Origin: Candidatus Bathyarchaeum sp.
Lineage (GTDB): Archaea; Thermoproteota; Bathyarchaeia; Bathyarchaeales; Bathyarchaeaceae
Length of the DNA stretch: 18,563 bases
Direction of reading: 5' to 3'
NCBI GenBank assembly: GCA_026014495.1
Contig: JAOZIF010000172.1
Coordinates: 1-18,563 of the forward strand
Position numbers and translations under genes: made by a program. Below, piece after piece: positions 7,249-15,271 of the stretch. How positions within the stretch are numbered: position 1 is the first letter of the stretch; every line of letters begins with the position of its first letter. The notes beneath the pieces were generated by a model. That model did no database searches, was not told where the DNA came from, and saw only the letters and a list, made by a program, of their open reading frames with translations.

Positions 7249-10125
7249 GTGGGTTCGATGGATAAAACAACGATTACGCCGGATTCTATTGACAACTCTC
7301 TCCTCAAAACTGTGATTGACTCTACTCCTCAAAAGATTCAGGTCTTGCATGTTGATGATGAGGAAGGTTTCTCAGTGACTACAAAACAGATTTTGGAACT
7401 GCAAAATTTGTTTAGTGTGGAAACTGCTTCTTCTGTCAAGCAAGCTATGCAAAAATTAGAGGAAAAGCAGTTTGACGTAATTGTTTCTGATTATCAGATG
7501 CCTGAAAAGGATGGTTTAACTTTTCTGACTGAACTGCGGGAAAGTGGCAGTAATATTCCATTTATTTTGTTCACTGGGAAAGGCAGAGAAAAAGTAGCAA
7601 TCAAAGCAATGAATCTTGGTGCAGACTATTACATCAACAAAGTTGGTCACCCCGAAACTGTATACTCTCAACTTTCACATTATATTCTTCAGGCTTTACA
7701 ACGTAGACAAGCAGAAGAAACATTGCGACGTAAAGTCGAGTTTGAGTCAGTTATTGCGCGTGTGTCTTCGCGATTTGTGAATCCATCTGATTTTGATATG
7801 GCAATTAATGTCTCGCTTGCCGATATGGGGCAGATAAGTGGTGCCACTCGTGTATGCCTTTTTCTTTTCCATGAAAATGGAGTATTTATGAATAACACAC
7901 ATGAATGGTGCATTGAAGGTGTACCTTCTTGGATTCATCGTCTCCAGAACGTTCCAATTGAGAAAACACCTTGGTGGATGGAGCAACTTCGTGAGGGCAA
8001 AATAATTCAAATACCAAATACTTCGCTGTTGCCTCCCGAAGCAAAGACTGAAAAGAAAATTCTGGAACACGCCAACGTAACATCAGTTATATTGTTACCA
8101 ATAACCGTGTTTGGTGAACTTGCTGGATTTATTGGTTTTGATAATTTGGAGCAAACTGGAGTTTGGCGCTCTGAAGATGTTTCTCTTCTTCAAATAGTTT
8201 CCGAGCTTATCGGAAACACTTTGGAACATAAAAAAACTGAAGAAAAATTGAAAGCTAGCGAAAGGAAATATCGTTTGCTAACCGAAAACATTTCTGATGT
8301 TATATTTGTTGAAGATTTGGATTTAACAATCAAATATGTGAGTCCTTCTGTTGAAGCTTTATCTGGATATATTCCTGAAGAAATTATAGGCTGTAAACCA
8401 GACAAATTTATGACTCCTGAATCCTATGAGAAACTGTTACTTAGTTTCAATGAAAGCCTTTCTTTAGCTGACAAACGACCTGCTAACAAAATTCGTCTTC
8501 TACAATATGAGTACTTACGCAAAGACGGTTCTCCTTTTTGGGGTGAATTAAGAGTACATTTTATACGTGATTCTAATGGTCATGTTTCGGGGATTCAAGG
8601 TACCCTAAGAGACATCACTGAACGTAAGAAGACTGAAGAACAATTAAAGGAGAGCGAACAGAAATACCGTTTGCTGACTGAAAACATTGCTGACATTGTA
8701 TTTATCCAAAATTTGGATTTAAGCATCAAATATGTGAGCCCCAATGTCGAAGCTTTATCTGGTTACACTCCCGAAGAAATAATCAAACTTGGACCCAAAT
8801 TTTTGATGACTAAAGAATCTTTTGAACGTGGACTTGAGACATTCAAGCAAGCAATTGCTCTTGCTGAGAAAAACCCTGACCTTGAACTTCCATTATGGTG
8901 CTACGAGTACATACGTAAGGATGGTTCTAAAGCATGGGGAGAATTTAAGCCCAAGTTACTGCGAGACTCCGAGGGGCATCTTGTTGGTGTACAGGGTACC
9001 TTGCGAGACATTACGGCGCATAAACAAACAGAAGAAAAACTCAAGGAGAATGAGAAAAAATATCGTTTGATGACTGAAAATATTTCTGATGTTGTGTTCA
9101 TTCAAGATATGAATTTAAATGTAACATATGTAAGTCCCTCAGTCAAAGCCTTAGCTGGATACCTCCCTGAGGAGCTGATGAACCTTAAACCAGAATGTTT
9201 TATGACTCCCGAATCTTTTGAGCGCGGAATTGTCGATTTCAAGGAGGCACTTTTGTTAGCTGCAAAAGGACGGGATTCTGAAATTCCACTCAAACAATAC
9301 GAGTACATACGCAAAGATGGCTCCACATTTTGGGGTGAATTAAAAACAAAATTGCTGCGAGATTCAAACGGCAATATTGTTGGTCTTCAAGGAACAATAA
9401 GGGACATCACCGAACGTAAGACTGCAGAAGAATCAATGAAAAAGATTATGAACGAACTAATGATGAGTAATGAGAAGTTGGGTGTTGTCGGCAAGTTAAT
9501 CAGGCATGATACACGAAACAAATTATCAGTTATCGTAAACAACGTTTATTTAGCTAAACAGCAGCTAGCGCGCAACAATGATGTTTCAGAATATTTTGAT
9601 TCAATAGACTCGGCTGTTGACCAGATTGAGAAACTTTTTTCGTTCTCAAAAGTCTACGAAATGCTTGGTGCTGAAAGTTTATCATACATTGACTGTGAAA
9701 AATGTGTTGCCGAAGCGCTCTCGCTTTTTTCAGGAATAGATGACCTAACTTTTGTAAATAGCTGTTCTAAATTGACCTTGTTGGCTGATTCATTGCTGAG
9801 GCAGATTTTCTATAATCTTGTGGATAATTCGTTGAGGCATGGCAAAACTGTTAGCCAAATCAAAATATACTACGAAGATGGCGACAGTCAGCTTAGGTTG
9901 GTTTATGAAGATAACGGAGTTGGCATCGCTGAAGATGAAAAAGAAAAAATCTTCAAGGACGGCTATGGTAAAGGCACAGGCTACGGCCTCTATCTTATAA
10001 GAAAAATATGCATGGTGTACGGATGGACAATCAAAGAAACAGGCACACAGGACAAAGGAGCACAATTCACAATAACAATCCCAAAACTTGACAAAAATGG
10101 AAACGCAGCCTACACTATAGCCTGA
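7249..10125 (+). CDS. Cytoplasmic hybrid sensor histidine kinase, REC-GAF-PAS-PAS-PAS-HisKA-like-HATPase
   Basis: REC motifs (LHVDDE, VSDYQMP, FTGKG); GAF (NTHEWC, GFIGFD); three PAS/PAC repeats; H-box RHDTRN; N-box NLVDNSLRHG; G1 YEDNGVGI; G2 GYGKGTGYGL. No TM segment seen. The start could be GTG7249 or ATG7258. Confidence 0.93.
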   Translation: MGSMDKTTITPDSIDNSLLKTVIDSTPQKIQVLHVDDEEGFSVTTKQILELQNLFSVETASSVKQAMQKLEEKQFDVIVSDYQMPEKDGLTFLTELRESGSNIPFILFTGKGREKVAIKAMNLGADYYINKVGHPETVYSQLSHYILQALQRRQAEETLRRKVEFESVIARVSSRFVNPSDFDMAINVSLADMGQISGATRVCLFLFHENGVFMNNTHEWCIEGVPSWIHRLQNVPIEKTPWWMEQLREGKIIQIPNTSLLPPEAKTEKKILEHANVTSVILLPITVFGELAGFIGFDNLEQTGVWRSEDVSLLQIVSELIGNTLEHKKTEEKLKASERKYRLLTENISDVIFVEDLDLTIKYVSPSVEALSGYIPEEIIGCKPDKFMTPESYEKLLLSFNESLSLADKRPANKIRLLQYEYLRKDGSPFWGELRVHFIRDSNGHVSGIQGTLRDITERKKTEEQLKESEQKYRLLTENIADIVFIQNLDLSIKYVSPNVEALSGYTPEEIIKLGPKFLMTKESFERGLETFKQAIALAEKNPDLELPLWCYEYIRKDGSKAWGEFKPKLLRDSEGHLVGVQGTLRDITAHKQTEEKLKENEKKYRLMTENISDVVFIQDMNLNVTYVSPSVKALAGYLPEELMNLKPECFMTPESFERGIVDFKEALLLAAKGRDSEIPLKQYEYIRKDGSTFWGELKTKLLRDSNGNIVGLQGTIRDITERKTAEESMKKIMNELMMSNEKLGVVGKLIRHDTRNKLSVIVNNVYLAKQQLARNNDVSEYFDSIDSAVDQIEKLFSFSKVYEMLGAESLSYIDCEKCVAEALSLFSGIDDLTFVNSCSKLTLLADSLLRQIFYNLVDNSLRHGKTVSQIKIYYEDGDSQLRLVYEDNGVGIAEDEKEKIFKDGYGKGTGYGLYLIRKICMVYGWTIKETGTQDKGAQFTITIPKLDKNGNAAYTIA
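8230..9417 (+). repeat. Three tandem 396-bp intragenic repeats encoding PAS/PAC domains
   Basis: Units start at 8230, 8626 and 9022 (next boundary 9418). Each contains KYRL(L/M)TENI(S/A)D and YEY.RKDGS motifs, with visible nucleotide similarity. Confidence 0.9.
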
Positions 10126-10237
10126 ACTTACTCTTTTTTAGACATTATCCTTTTTGGACAATCTCTTACACTCTAGAAAACAGCAAAAAGATGAAAAGGG
10201 ACAATGTAGACACATTACTGAAATGGTGAATTAAGCT

Positions 10238-10423
10238 ATGAGCGAAACAAATCTAGTATCAATACAGTTGAACGGAGTAAAACAAGATTTCATTCTGAAC
10301 AAAAAAGACTTCAAAACTGGAAGCAGAGGCTACCACGCACAGGGAAAAATGCAGATTGGCGACAAAAGATACCAATGCAACATTCTATGTGTGGAAATAG
10401 GCTCAAAACCAAAAGACAAGTAA
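10238..10423 (+). CDS. Small basic hypothetical protein (61 aa)
   Basis: ATG start; beta-strand-like, Lys/Gly/aromatic-rich sequence (KDFKTGSRGYHAQGK...KRYQ...EIGSKP). Confidence 0.8.
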   Translation: MSETNLVSIQLNGVKQDFILNKKDFKTGSRGYHAQGKMQIGDKRYQCNILCVEIGSKPKDK

Positions 10424-10440
10424 CGCCTAATTTTTCCATT

Positions 10441-10463
10441 TCAGGTGACAACTTGTCGCCTGA
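10441..10463. terminator. Inverted repeat between convergent transcription units
   Basis: TCAGGTGACAA-C-TTGTCGCCTGA, 10/11 arms, 18 nt after the stop at 10423. It could instead be a protein-binding palindrome. Confidence 0.45.
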
Positions 10464-10489
10464 GTTATTAAAAACATATTTTGTAACTG

Positions 10490-10522
10490 CAAAAAAGGAA
10501 AAGCTGGAGTCATATTCCAGCT
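10490..10522 (-). terminator. Hairpin plus T-tract downstream of desulforedoxin
   Basis: AGCTGGA-N7-TCCAGCT (10502-10522), followed on the minus strand by T-rich tracts. Confidence 0.5.
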
Positions 10523-10529
10523 AACAAAA

Positions 10530-10646
10530 TTATTTAACAAGATTCATTGGTTGCCCGCAGCAAACTAAGGTGCCAGCACCAGCTTCCAGGACCTCTACTT
10601 TATTTCCGCATATTTCGCAAAGGTACACTTGTCCTTCTTCAGTCAA
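10530..10646 (-). CDS. Desulforedoxin (stand-alone Fe(Cys)4 domain of desulfoferrodoxin type), 38 aa
   Basis: Manual translation from TTG10646 gives [38 protein letters not shown], with the CxxC...CCGQPM signature. AGGAGGGG RBS; lies 24 nt after the rubrerythrin stop. Confidence 0.93.
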   Translation of the reverse strand: MTEEGQVYLCEICGNKVEVLEAGAGTLVCCGQPMNLVK

Positions 10647-10669
10647 TTCAACCCCTCCTTTTTGCTTAT

Positions 10670-11242
10670 TTAGTAGTTTTCGCACCAGACTTCAAAGTAA
10701 CTTTGTGCATGGTCACACACTGGACATTTCTCAGGCGCTTCATTGCCCTCGTACACGTGACCACAGTTTCTGCATTTCCACATGATGACTTTGTCTTTCT
10801 TGAACACTTTGCCTTGTTTCACGTTTGCTAGCAGTTTTCTGTATCTTTGTTCATGTTTTGCCTCTACTTTTGCTACCATACTAAAGGTGTTCGCTATTTC
10901 TGGGAAGCCTTCTTTTTCTGCTGTTTCAGCAAAGTTTGGGTATAATGTTCCCCATTCCATTTTTTCTCCTTCTGCTGCTGCTTTTAGGTTCTCTGCTGTT
11001 GTTCCAATTACTCCTGCAGGGTAAGCGGCCGTGATTTCTACGTCTCCGCCTTTTAGATATTTGAAAAAGAGTTCAGCGTGTTCTTTTTCGTTGTCTGCTG
11101 TTTCAGTGAATATTGCTGAAATCTGCTCGTAGCCTTCCTTTTTTGCTACGCTAGCAAAAAATGTGTATCTTGTTCTTGCTTGTGACTCACCGGCAAAGGA
11201 TTTGAGTAGATTCTTTTCTGTTTTACTTCCTTTCAATTCCAT
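10670..11242 (-). CDS. rbr: Rubrerythrin
   Basis: Diiron motifs [20 protein letters not shown] and EAKHEQRY, plus a C-terminal rubredoxin-like WKCRNCG...CPVC. ATG11242 follows GAGG. Confidence 0.96.
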   Translation of the reverse strand: MELKGSKTEKNLLKSFAGESQARTRYTFFASVAKKEGYEQISAIFTETADNEKEHAELFFKYLKGGDVEITAAYPAGVIGTTAENLKAAAEGEKMEWGTLYPNFAETAEKEGFPEIANTFSMVAKVEAKHEQRYRKLLANVKQGKVFKKDKVIMWKCRNCGHVYEGNEAPEKCPVCDHAQSYFEVWCENY

Positions 11243-11453
11243 GTTCAAAACCTCTGTTTATACTTAAAAATCGTTCTTCACACTTCTTAAACATATCTAA
11301 AACTGCAGTCTGGATGTTTAATTCAGCGTGGAATCCGTAGCTAACATATTCTAGCTAGAGTGGCAGAATATTTTGTGGCACAGCGCTTATATTGCAAAAG
11401 AGATGTTTAAACTCATAAAATATTGCAAGGTTTTCGAAAGGAGAAAAAATGAA

Positions 11454-12812
11454 ATGCCCAAAACCAAGTTTATGTGCTTCGTTTTACTAACTGTGTTATC
11501 TTTAGCTGCATGCTGTCCTGTTGGTTACTCACAGGCAGTCTTAACCTTGGATGATTTGCCTAGTTCGGGTGAATCTCTAGTTGTTAGTTCTGATAGTGTA
11601 TTGACCGTAAACGAGGGAGAAACCGCTGTTATTGATGGTGCCGTTATACAGATAAATGGAACAGAGCATGCCCTAACAGAATTTAAAATCATAAACAATG
11701 GAGAATTCACTATAAAGAACACTCAAATCCGGTGTAACACTGCCAACTTTACAATACAAAATATGGGAACGCTAAATCTCAAAACAGTTCACTTCACTGT
11801 GATAGGCAATTCCACGTTAGCCTTAGACAACCAAAACAACTGCGAAATGAGTGACACTTCAATTGACGTCTATGGCGGCTACGCACACCTCTCAAACAGT
11901 GACTCATTGACTGTCAATAACGGCTACTTTAAAGACCAGTTTGATGGCACACTCATCGCAAACTCTGGTGATGCACTATTCTCTGAAACTACTTTTGTTG
12001 CAAACGGTGCTTCTGGAAAAATCGAAATCTTCACCAGTGGCGACCTTAAACTCACTCATGGAGTGTTTGATGTTAACTATGGCGGAACAGTGAACATCAA
12101 CAGCTTGACTGGAACCATGACAGTAAATAACTGCAACATGGACATCTCAGGATGGTCTCATGGGAAAAAGAGTTCCGTGAACATTCTGTGTGGAAATAGC
12201 ACTTGGGAATCGTGCTCACTGGTTAACAACGCTGGAACATTTAATTGTCTAAACACTGGAGTCGTTCATGTATCTGATTGTACAGCCTCAGTATCATCAA
12301 TTAACTCGTCAACAATTTTGTCAAACAGTGGACAAATGTTTTTCGAAAACTTTGACCTTTCTGGCTCTGGGTCTGCTAGTATAACCAACTGGGACATTAT
12401 GGATTTAACTGACAGCTCTTACGCTTCCAGTCACTCCTTAACTTTGATGAACAACGGAGAATTAACAGCAGAAAATTGGTTTGTGAAAACAACGTCCAGC
12501 ACCGCCAGAATTGTAGTTTACAATGGCAATAATGCCACATTGGCATTTGATGCTCCATTTATCGAAAACGTTGACGTTTCAACTCTGACTTCTATTGGTC
12601 CTGAAGGTCACGAATTCGTTGAATCTTCAGGCGGAATCATCACTGTAACAAACAACAATGTGATAACTCAAAAAAGTAGCACAAACGGCGATTTGGATTC
12701 TAGTCTGCTTTACATTCTGGTGATTGCCGCGGCTGTAATCTTAGTTATAATCGTCCTTGTCATGATGAAGAAAAAGAACCAAAAACCAGACGCTCCAAAT
12801 CAGGAACTTTGA
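11454..12812 (+). CDS. Secreted, C-terminally membrane-anchored surface protein (probable beta-helix/beta-solenoid)
   Basis: Signal-peptide-like N-terminus from ATG11454 (MPKTKFMCFVLLTVLSLAA), an Asn/Ser/Thr/Gly-rich repetitive body, and a TM helix LLYILVIAAAVILVIIVLVMM followed by KKK. AGGAG lies upstream. Confidence 0.8.
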   Translation: MPKTKFMCFVLLTVLSLAACCPVGYSQAVLTLDDLPSSGESLVVSSDSVLTVNEGETAVIDGAVIQINGTEHALTEFKIINNGEFTIKNTQIRCNTANFTIQNMGTLNLKTVHFTVIGNSTLALDNQNNCEMSDTSIDVYGGYAHLSNSDSLTVNNGYFKDQFDGTLIANSGDALFSETTFVANGASGKIEIFTSGDLKLTHGVFDVNYGGTVNINSLTGTMTVNNCNMDISGWSHGKKSSVNILCGNSTWESCSLVNNAGTFNCLNTGVVHVSDCTASVSSINSSTILSNSGQMFFENFDLSGSGSASITNWDIMDLTDSSYASSHSLTLMNNGELTAENWFVKTTSSTARIVVYNGNNATLAFDAPFIENVDVSTLTSIGPEGHEFVESSGGIITVTNNNVITQKSSTNGDLDSSLLYILVIAAAVILVIIVLVMMKKKNQKPDAPNQEL

Positions 12813-12822
12813 TGTGCTTGCT

Positions 12823-12987
12823 TTAACTGGTTTCTTTCAAGTCACAGGGAAGATAAAGAGTCTGCTCTGCAAGGAAGGCACCTAACAGATTACAGTAAAA
12901 ACGTCCCTCTATCTTGTCGATGTGCTTACACGATTTGCAAACGCTTTCTGTTCCAGAAAACTTTCCGAGTACCGTTTGGTTAGTCAT
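12823..12987 (-). CDS. 54-aa four-Cys metal-binding microprotein
   Basis: Manual translation: MTNQTVLGKFSGTESVCKSCKHIDKIEGRFYCNLLGAFLAEQTLYLPCDLKETS* (C-x2-C-x11-C-x15-C). ATG start with upstream AAGGG. Confidence 0.65.
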   Translation of the reverse strand: MTNQTVLGKFSGTESVCKSCKHIDKIEGRFYCNLLGAFLAEQTLYLPCDLKETS

Positions 12988-13138
12988 GCTAACCCTTTCT
13001 GTTTTTCATCTAGATTAAAATCCTTTCGGAACATAATCGAGCAAAACGTTTCTCTTTGTTTCCTTGGCGCTTTTAATGGTCTGTGCTTTTGATGAGCAAC
13101 TGTCACATGAAAAAAGGGGGGAGTGGGAATTTTTCTTG

Positions 13139-13267
13139 TTATATGAATGACTGTCTTTTTGGCGGTGGTTTTCGTGTTAGTGATGACATTTTCTTTTCGA
13201 GATTGTTGACGCGTATTTTTAGGTCGACCAATTCCTTTTGGAGCTCAGTCATTGTTGGTTTGGACAT
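13139..13267 (-). CDS. 42-aa basic coiled-coil microprotein
   Basis: MSKPTMTELQKELVDLKIRVNNLEKKMSSLTRKPPPKRQSFI*. Heptad pattern, GGGGG RBS-like element, an AT-rich TATA-like stretch upstream and a C-rich/oligo-T tract downstream. Confidence 0.65.
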   Translation of the reverse strand: MSKPTMTELQKELVDLKIRVNNLEKKMSSLTRKPPPKRQSFI

Positions 13268-13485
13268 AAATCCCCCATCCTTATGTTTGGATAAATATAT
13301 ATTGAACAGATGATATTAATAAGATTTGTGCAGTAAAAACGATAATAAATGAACAAATAAATAAAATAATGTTGTTTTATTGAACACGTATTGATTTAGA
13401 GCAAACCTGCAGGCTCTCTTATCACAACCCCAAGCATCGCCCTACAAACACAACAAAATAACCACATCTAACCCTTTTATTGTTG

Positions 13486-14907
13486 TCAACGCTGGCGCTT
13501 CTCACTAAGAGGCAACCTTATTCTAATCGTTGTTTTGTTCCCGTATATGTTATACTTGTGAAGTTTCCTGCCCTCCGGAATCCTATCTACCAAACCACAC
13601 TTTACAAGAGTCTCCAAATTCCTCCAAAGTCCCTTCTTGGCGCCCTTCTTTAAAGCCATCTTCTCAAACAACTCACTCACCGTCATTGGCTCAGAATGCT
13701 TCTTATAATGAGTCGCCAACTCAACAAGAATCTGCCTATTTCGTTTTGAACCCAGAGCATCTAATGTCTTCTCGGTCAACTCCTCTGGAACGAACAAACT
13801 CTCATGCGTTCCAAGAATCGTTTCCATGGCCTCATAATATGGCTTTATGAACTCCCAGTAACACTTCAAAAATGTTCGTTTCAACTCACGCGAAGCAGTC
13901 TCATCCTCCACATACTTTTTTGTTACCAGATCTTTCCAACAGGGCTCTTCACCCTTCTTTGTGGCTACTGGAGCAAATGGCTGAATAATGTTCCTTGCAA
14001 GATAATCAAGAAACTTTAGCGAAACTTTTTGTTGTTCGTAAATTTTGCGACTAACATCCCGATACGAGTCACTTATGAATAAGGTCTCATCTGGGTTTAG
14101 GTCTCGTGACTGCAGGTACCTCATAGGCTTTCCTGAAACTGTAACTGGGTCCGGCAAAACAATGGTTGCGGGGTATTCAATTCCATGGTCTACGCAAATC
14201 AATTTCTTGAGGATTGAGAGTCCTGCATTTGATTTGTCAAAAATGTTGTATGATGTACCTAAATAGCTAAGGGACTCTAGGCCCCAACTGACATATGGGT
14301 ATGTCTTGATTTCTGTTCCAAGCTTGTTTCTGTCAAACAGGTAAATCTCAAGGAGCTCTTTTTCGTATTCTGTGAATGTATACGTTTTTTCGGTAAGTTT
14401 AACTGCAGTTGCTTCATGAAGCCTCTCGTATGTATTTATCTGGTTGAGTATGTTCTGGAGGCTCTTTTCGAAGTCAAGAATTCTTAAGATGCTATACACA
14501 TCTCTTTGTATTTCTATTCGGTCCTCGATAATCACAGCTTTTGCGCTTGGAGCAAAAACTCCTTGAAAAAACTTGTGCGCCTCTGCAACCCGCTCTCTGA
14601 TATCCCCACGATGGTATCCTCTGCCAATATCTCGTAGAGCTCCAATATACACAACTGGGTTTATTGAATAACCGCTCTCTATGAGTTCTTCAACAAGAAA
14701 GAGCGGGAGAAAATGTTTCAGTTGTGCTACTTCTAAATCTGCGTGGAACGCCACCACTATAACAGAATTAAGTTTTCGTCTTTTCCACTCTTCGCCTATT
14801 CCATCAACAACTCGGATTTTTTCCATTTCTGGAAAGCGTTGGCTGAACCATTTTTCAGACAACAATGGTAGCGGAATGCCTTCTTCCGCATCTTTAATGT
14901 TGGTCAT
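13486..14907 (-). CDS. Putative regulator: degenerate TyrRS/TrpRS-like (class Ic) domain fused to a C-terminal winged-HTH
   Basis: The long ORF and GAGGG RBS are clear. The fold assignment was made by eye: QLKH (HIGH position), VSGKPMRY (KMSKS position), ETLFISDSYRDVSRKI, ELKRTF...FIKP, then ArsR-like LDALGSKRNRQILVEL...MTVSEL...LWRNLETLVKCGLVDR. Confidence 0.65.
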   Translation of the reverse strand: MTNIKDAEEGIPLPLLSEKWFSQRFPEMEKIRVVDGIGEEWKRRKLNSVIVVAFHADLEVAQLKHFLPLFLVEELIESGYSINPVVYIGALRDIGRGYHRGDIRERVAEAHKFFQGVFAPSAKAVIIEDRIEIQRDVYSILRILDFEKSLQNILNQINTYERLHEATAVKLTEKTYTFTEYEKELLEIYLFDRNKLGTEIKTYPYVSWGLESLSYLGTSYNIFDKSNAGLSILKKLICVDHGIEYPATIVLPDPVTVSGKPMRYLQSRDLNPDETLFISDSYRDVSRKIYEQQKVSLKFLDYLARNIIQPFAPVATKKGEEPCWKDLVTKKYVEDETASRELKRTFLKCYWEFIKPYYEAMETILGTHESLFVPEELTEKTLDALGSKRNRQILVELATHYKKHSEPMTVSELFEKMALKKGAKKGLWRNLETLVKCGLVDRIPEGRKLHKYNIYGNKTTIRIRLPLSEKRQR

Positions 14908-14960
14908 TTATTATCTCCCTCTTCCTATTTTGTTACATACGTTTCATTTAATATGGATAA

Positions 14961-15041
14961 AAGTAACATCTAATGTAACTGGCTTCTATATACCTTATTT
15001 CTCGTTTTTAGTATATAAGCTTAAGTAACAATTAATGTGAC
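14961..15041. promoter_or_regulatory. Divergent promoter region: TATA (minus strand, about 15011-15022) flanked by two 19-bp candidate operators
   Basis: AAGTAACATCTAATGTAAC (14961-14979) and AAGTAACAATTAATGTGAC (15023-15041) are 16/19 identical with core TNACA-N5-TGTNA. The minus-strand AAGCTTATAT is identical to the amt TATA region. Confidence 0.6.
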
Positions 15042-15149
15042 CAAAAATTCTAAACGCTTACTTTTTAAGCCTTAAAGAATAATCCACTCCCTCACATTAT
15101 GTTAGTTCGGTGAAAGGAAATGCAAAAACATCCTCGCAGGAGCCAAACG

Positions 15150-15269
15150 TTGGCTAAACCTGAAATAGACCTCGAACATGAAATAGAAACCGAGAAACCC
15201 AAAAGGCCTCTACCCATGTGGTGCAGAGGAATTATGGGCGGATGCGTCAACTGCGGCGGATGCGTTTAA
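15150..15269 (+). CDS. Cys-rich peptide (39 aa; 49 aa if started at ATG15120)
   Basis: MAKPEIDLEHEIETEKPKRPLPMWCRGIMGGCVNCGGCV*. AGGAG lies 8 nt before TTG15150, and a hairpin terminator follows the stop directly. Confidence 0.7.
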   Translation: MAKPEIDLEHEIETEKPKRPLPMWCRGIMGGCVNCGGCV

Positions 15270-15271
15270 AC

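Noticed and set aside
12984-13106. 40-codon minus-strand frame ending in an ATGA overlap with the four-Cys gene
   Set aside because: No RBS or motif, and it begins within the upstream terminator region; the overlap alone is not sufficient evidence.
13083-13313. Plus-strand 76-aa ORF from the track
   Set aside because: Antisense shadow of the better-supported 42-aa minus-strand gene; no RBS or motif.
13381-13394. TGAA-N6-TTGA, similar to the amt operators
   Set aside because: Single imperfect copy in very AT-rich DNA; expected by chance.
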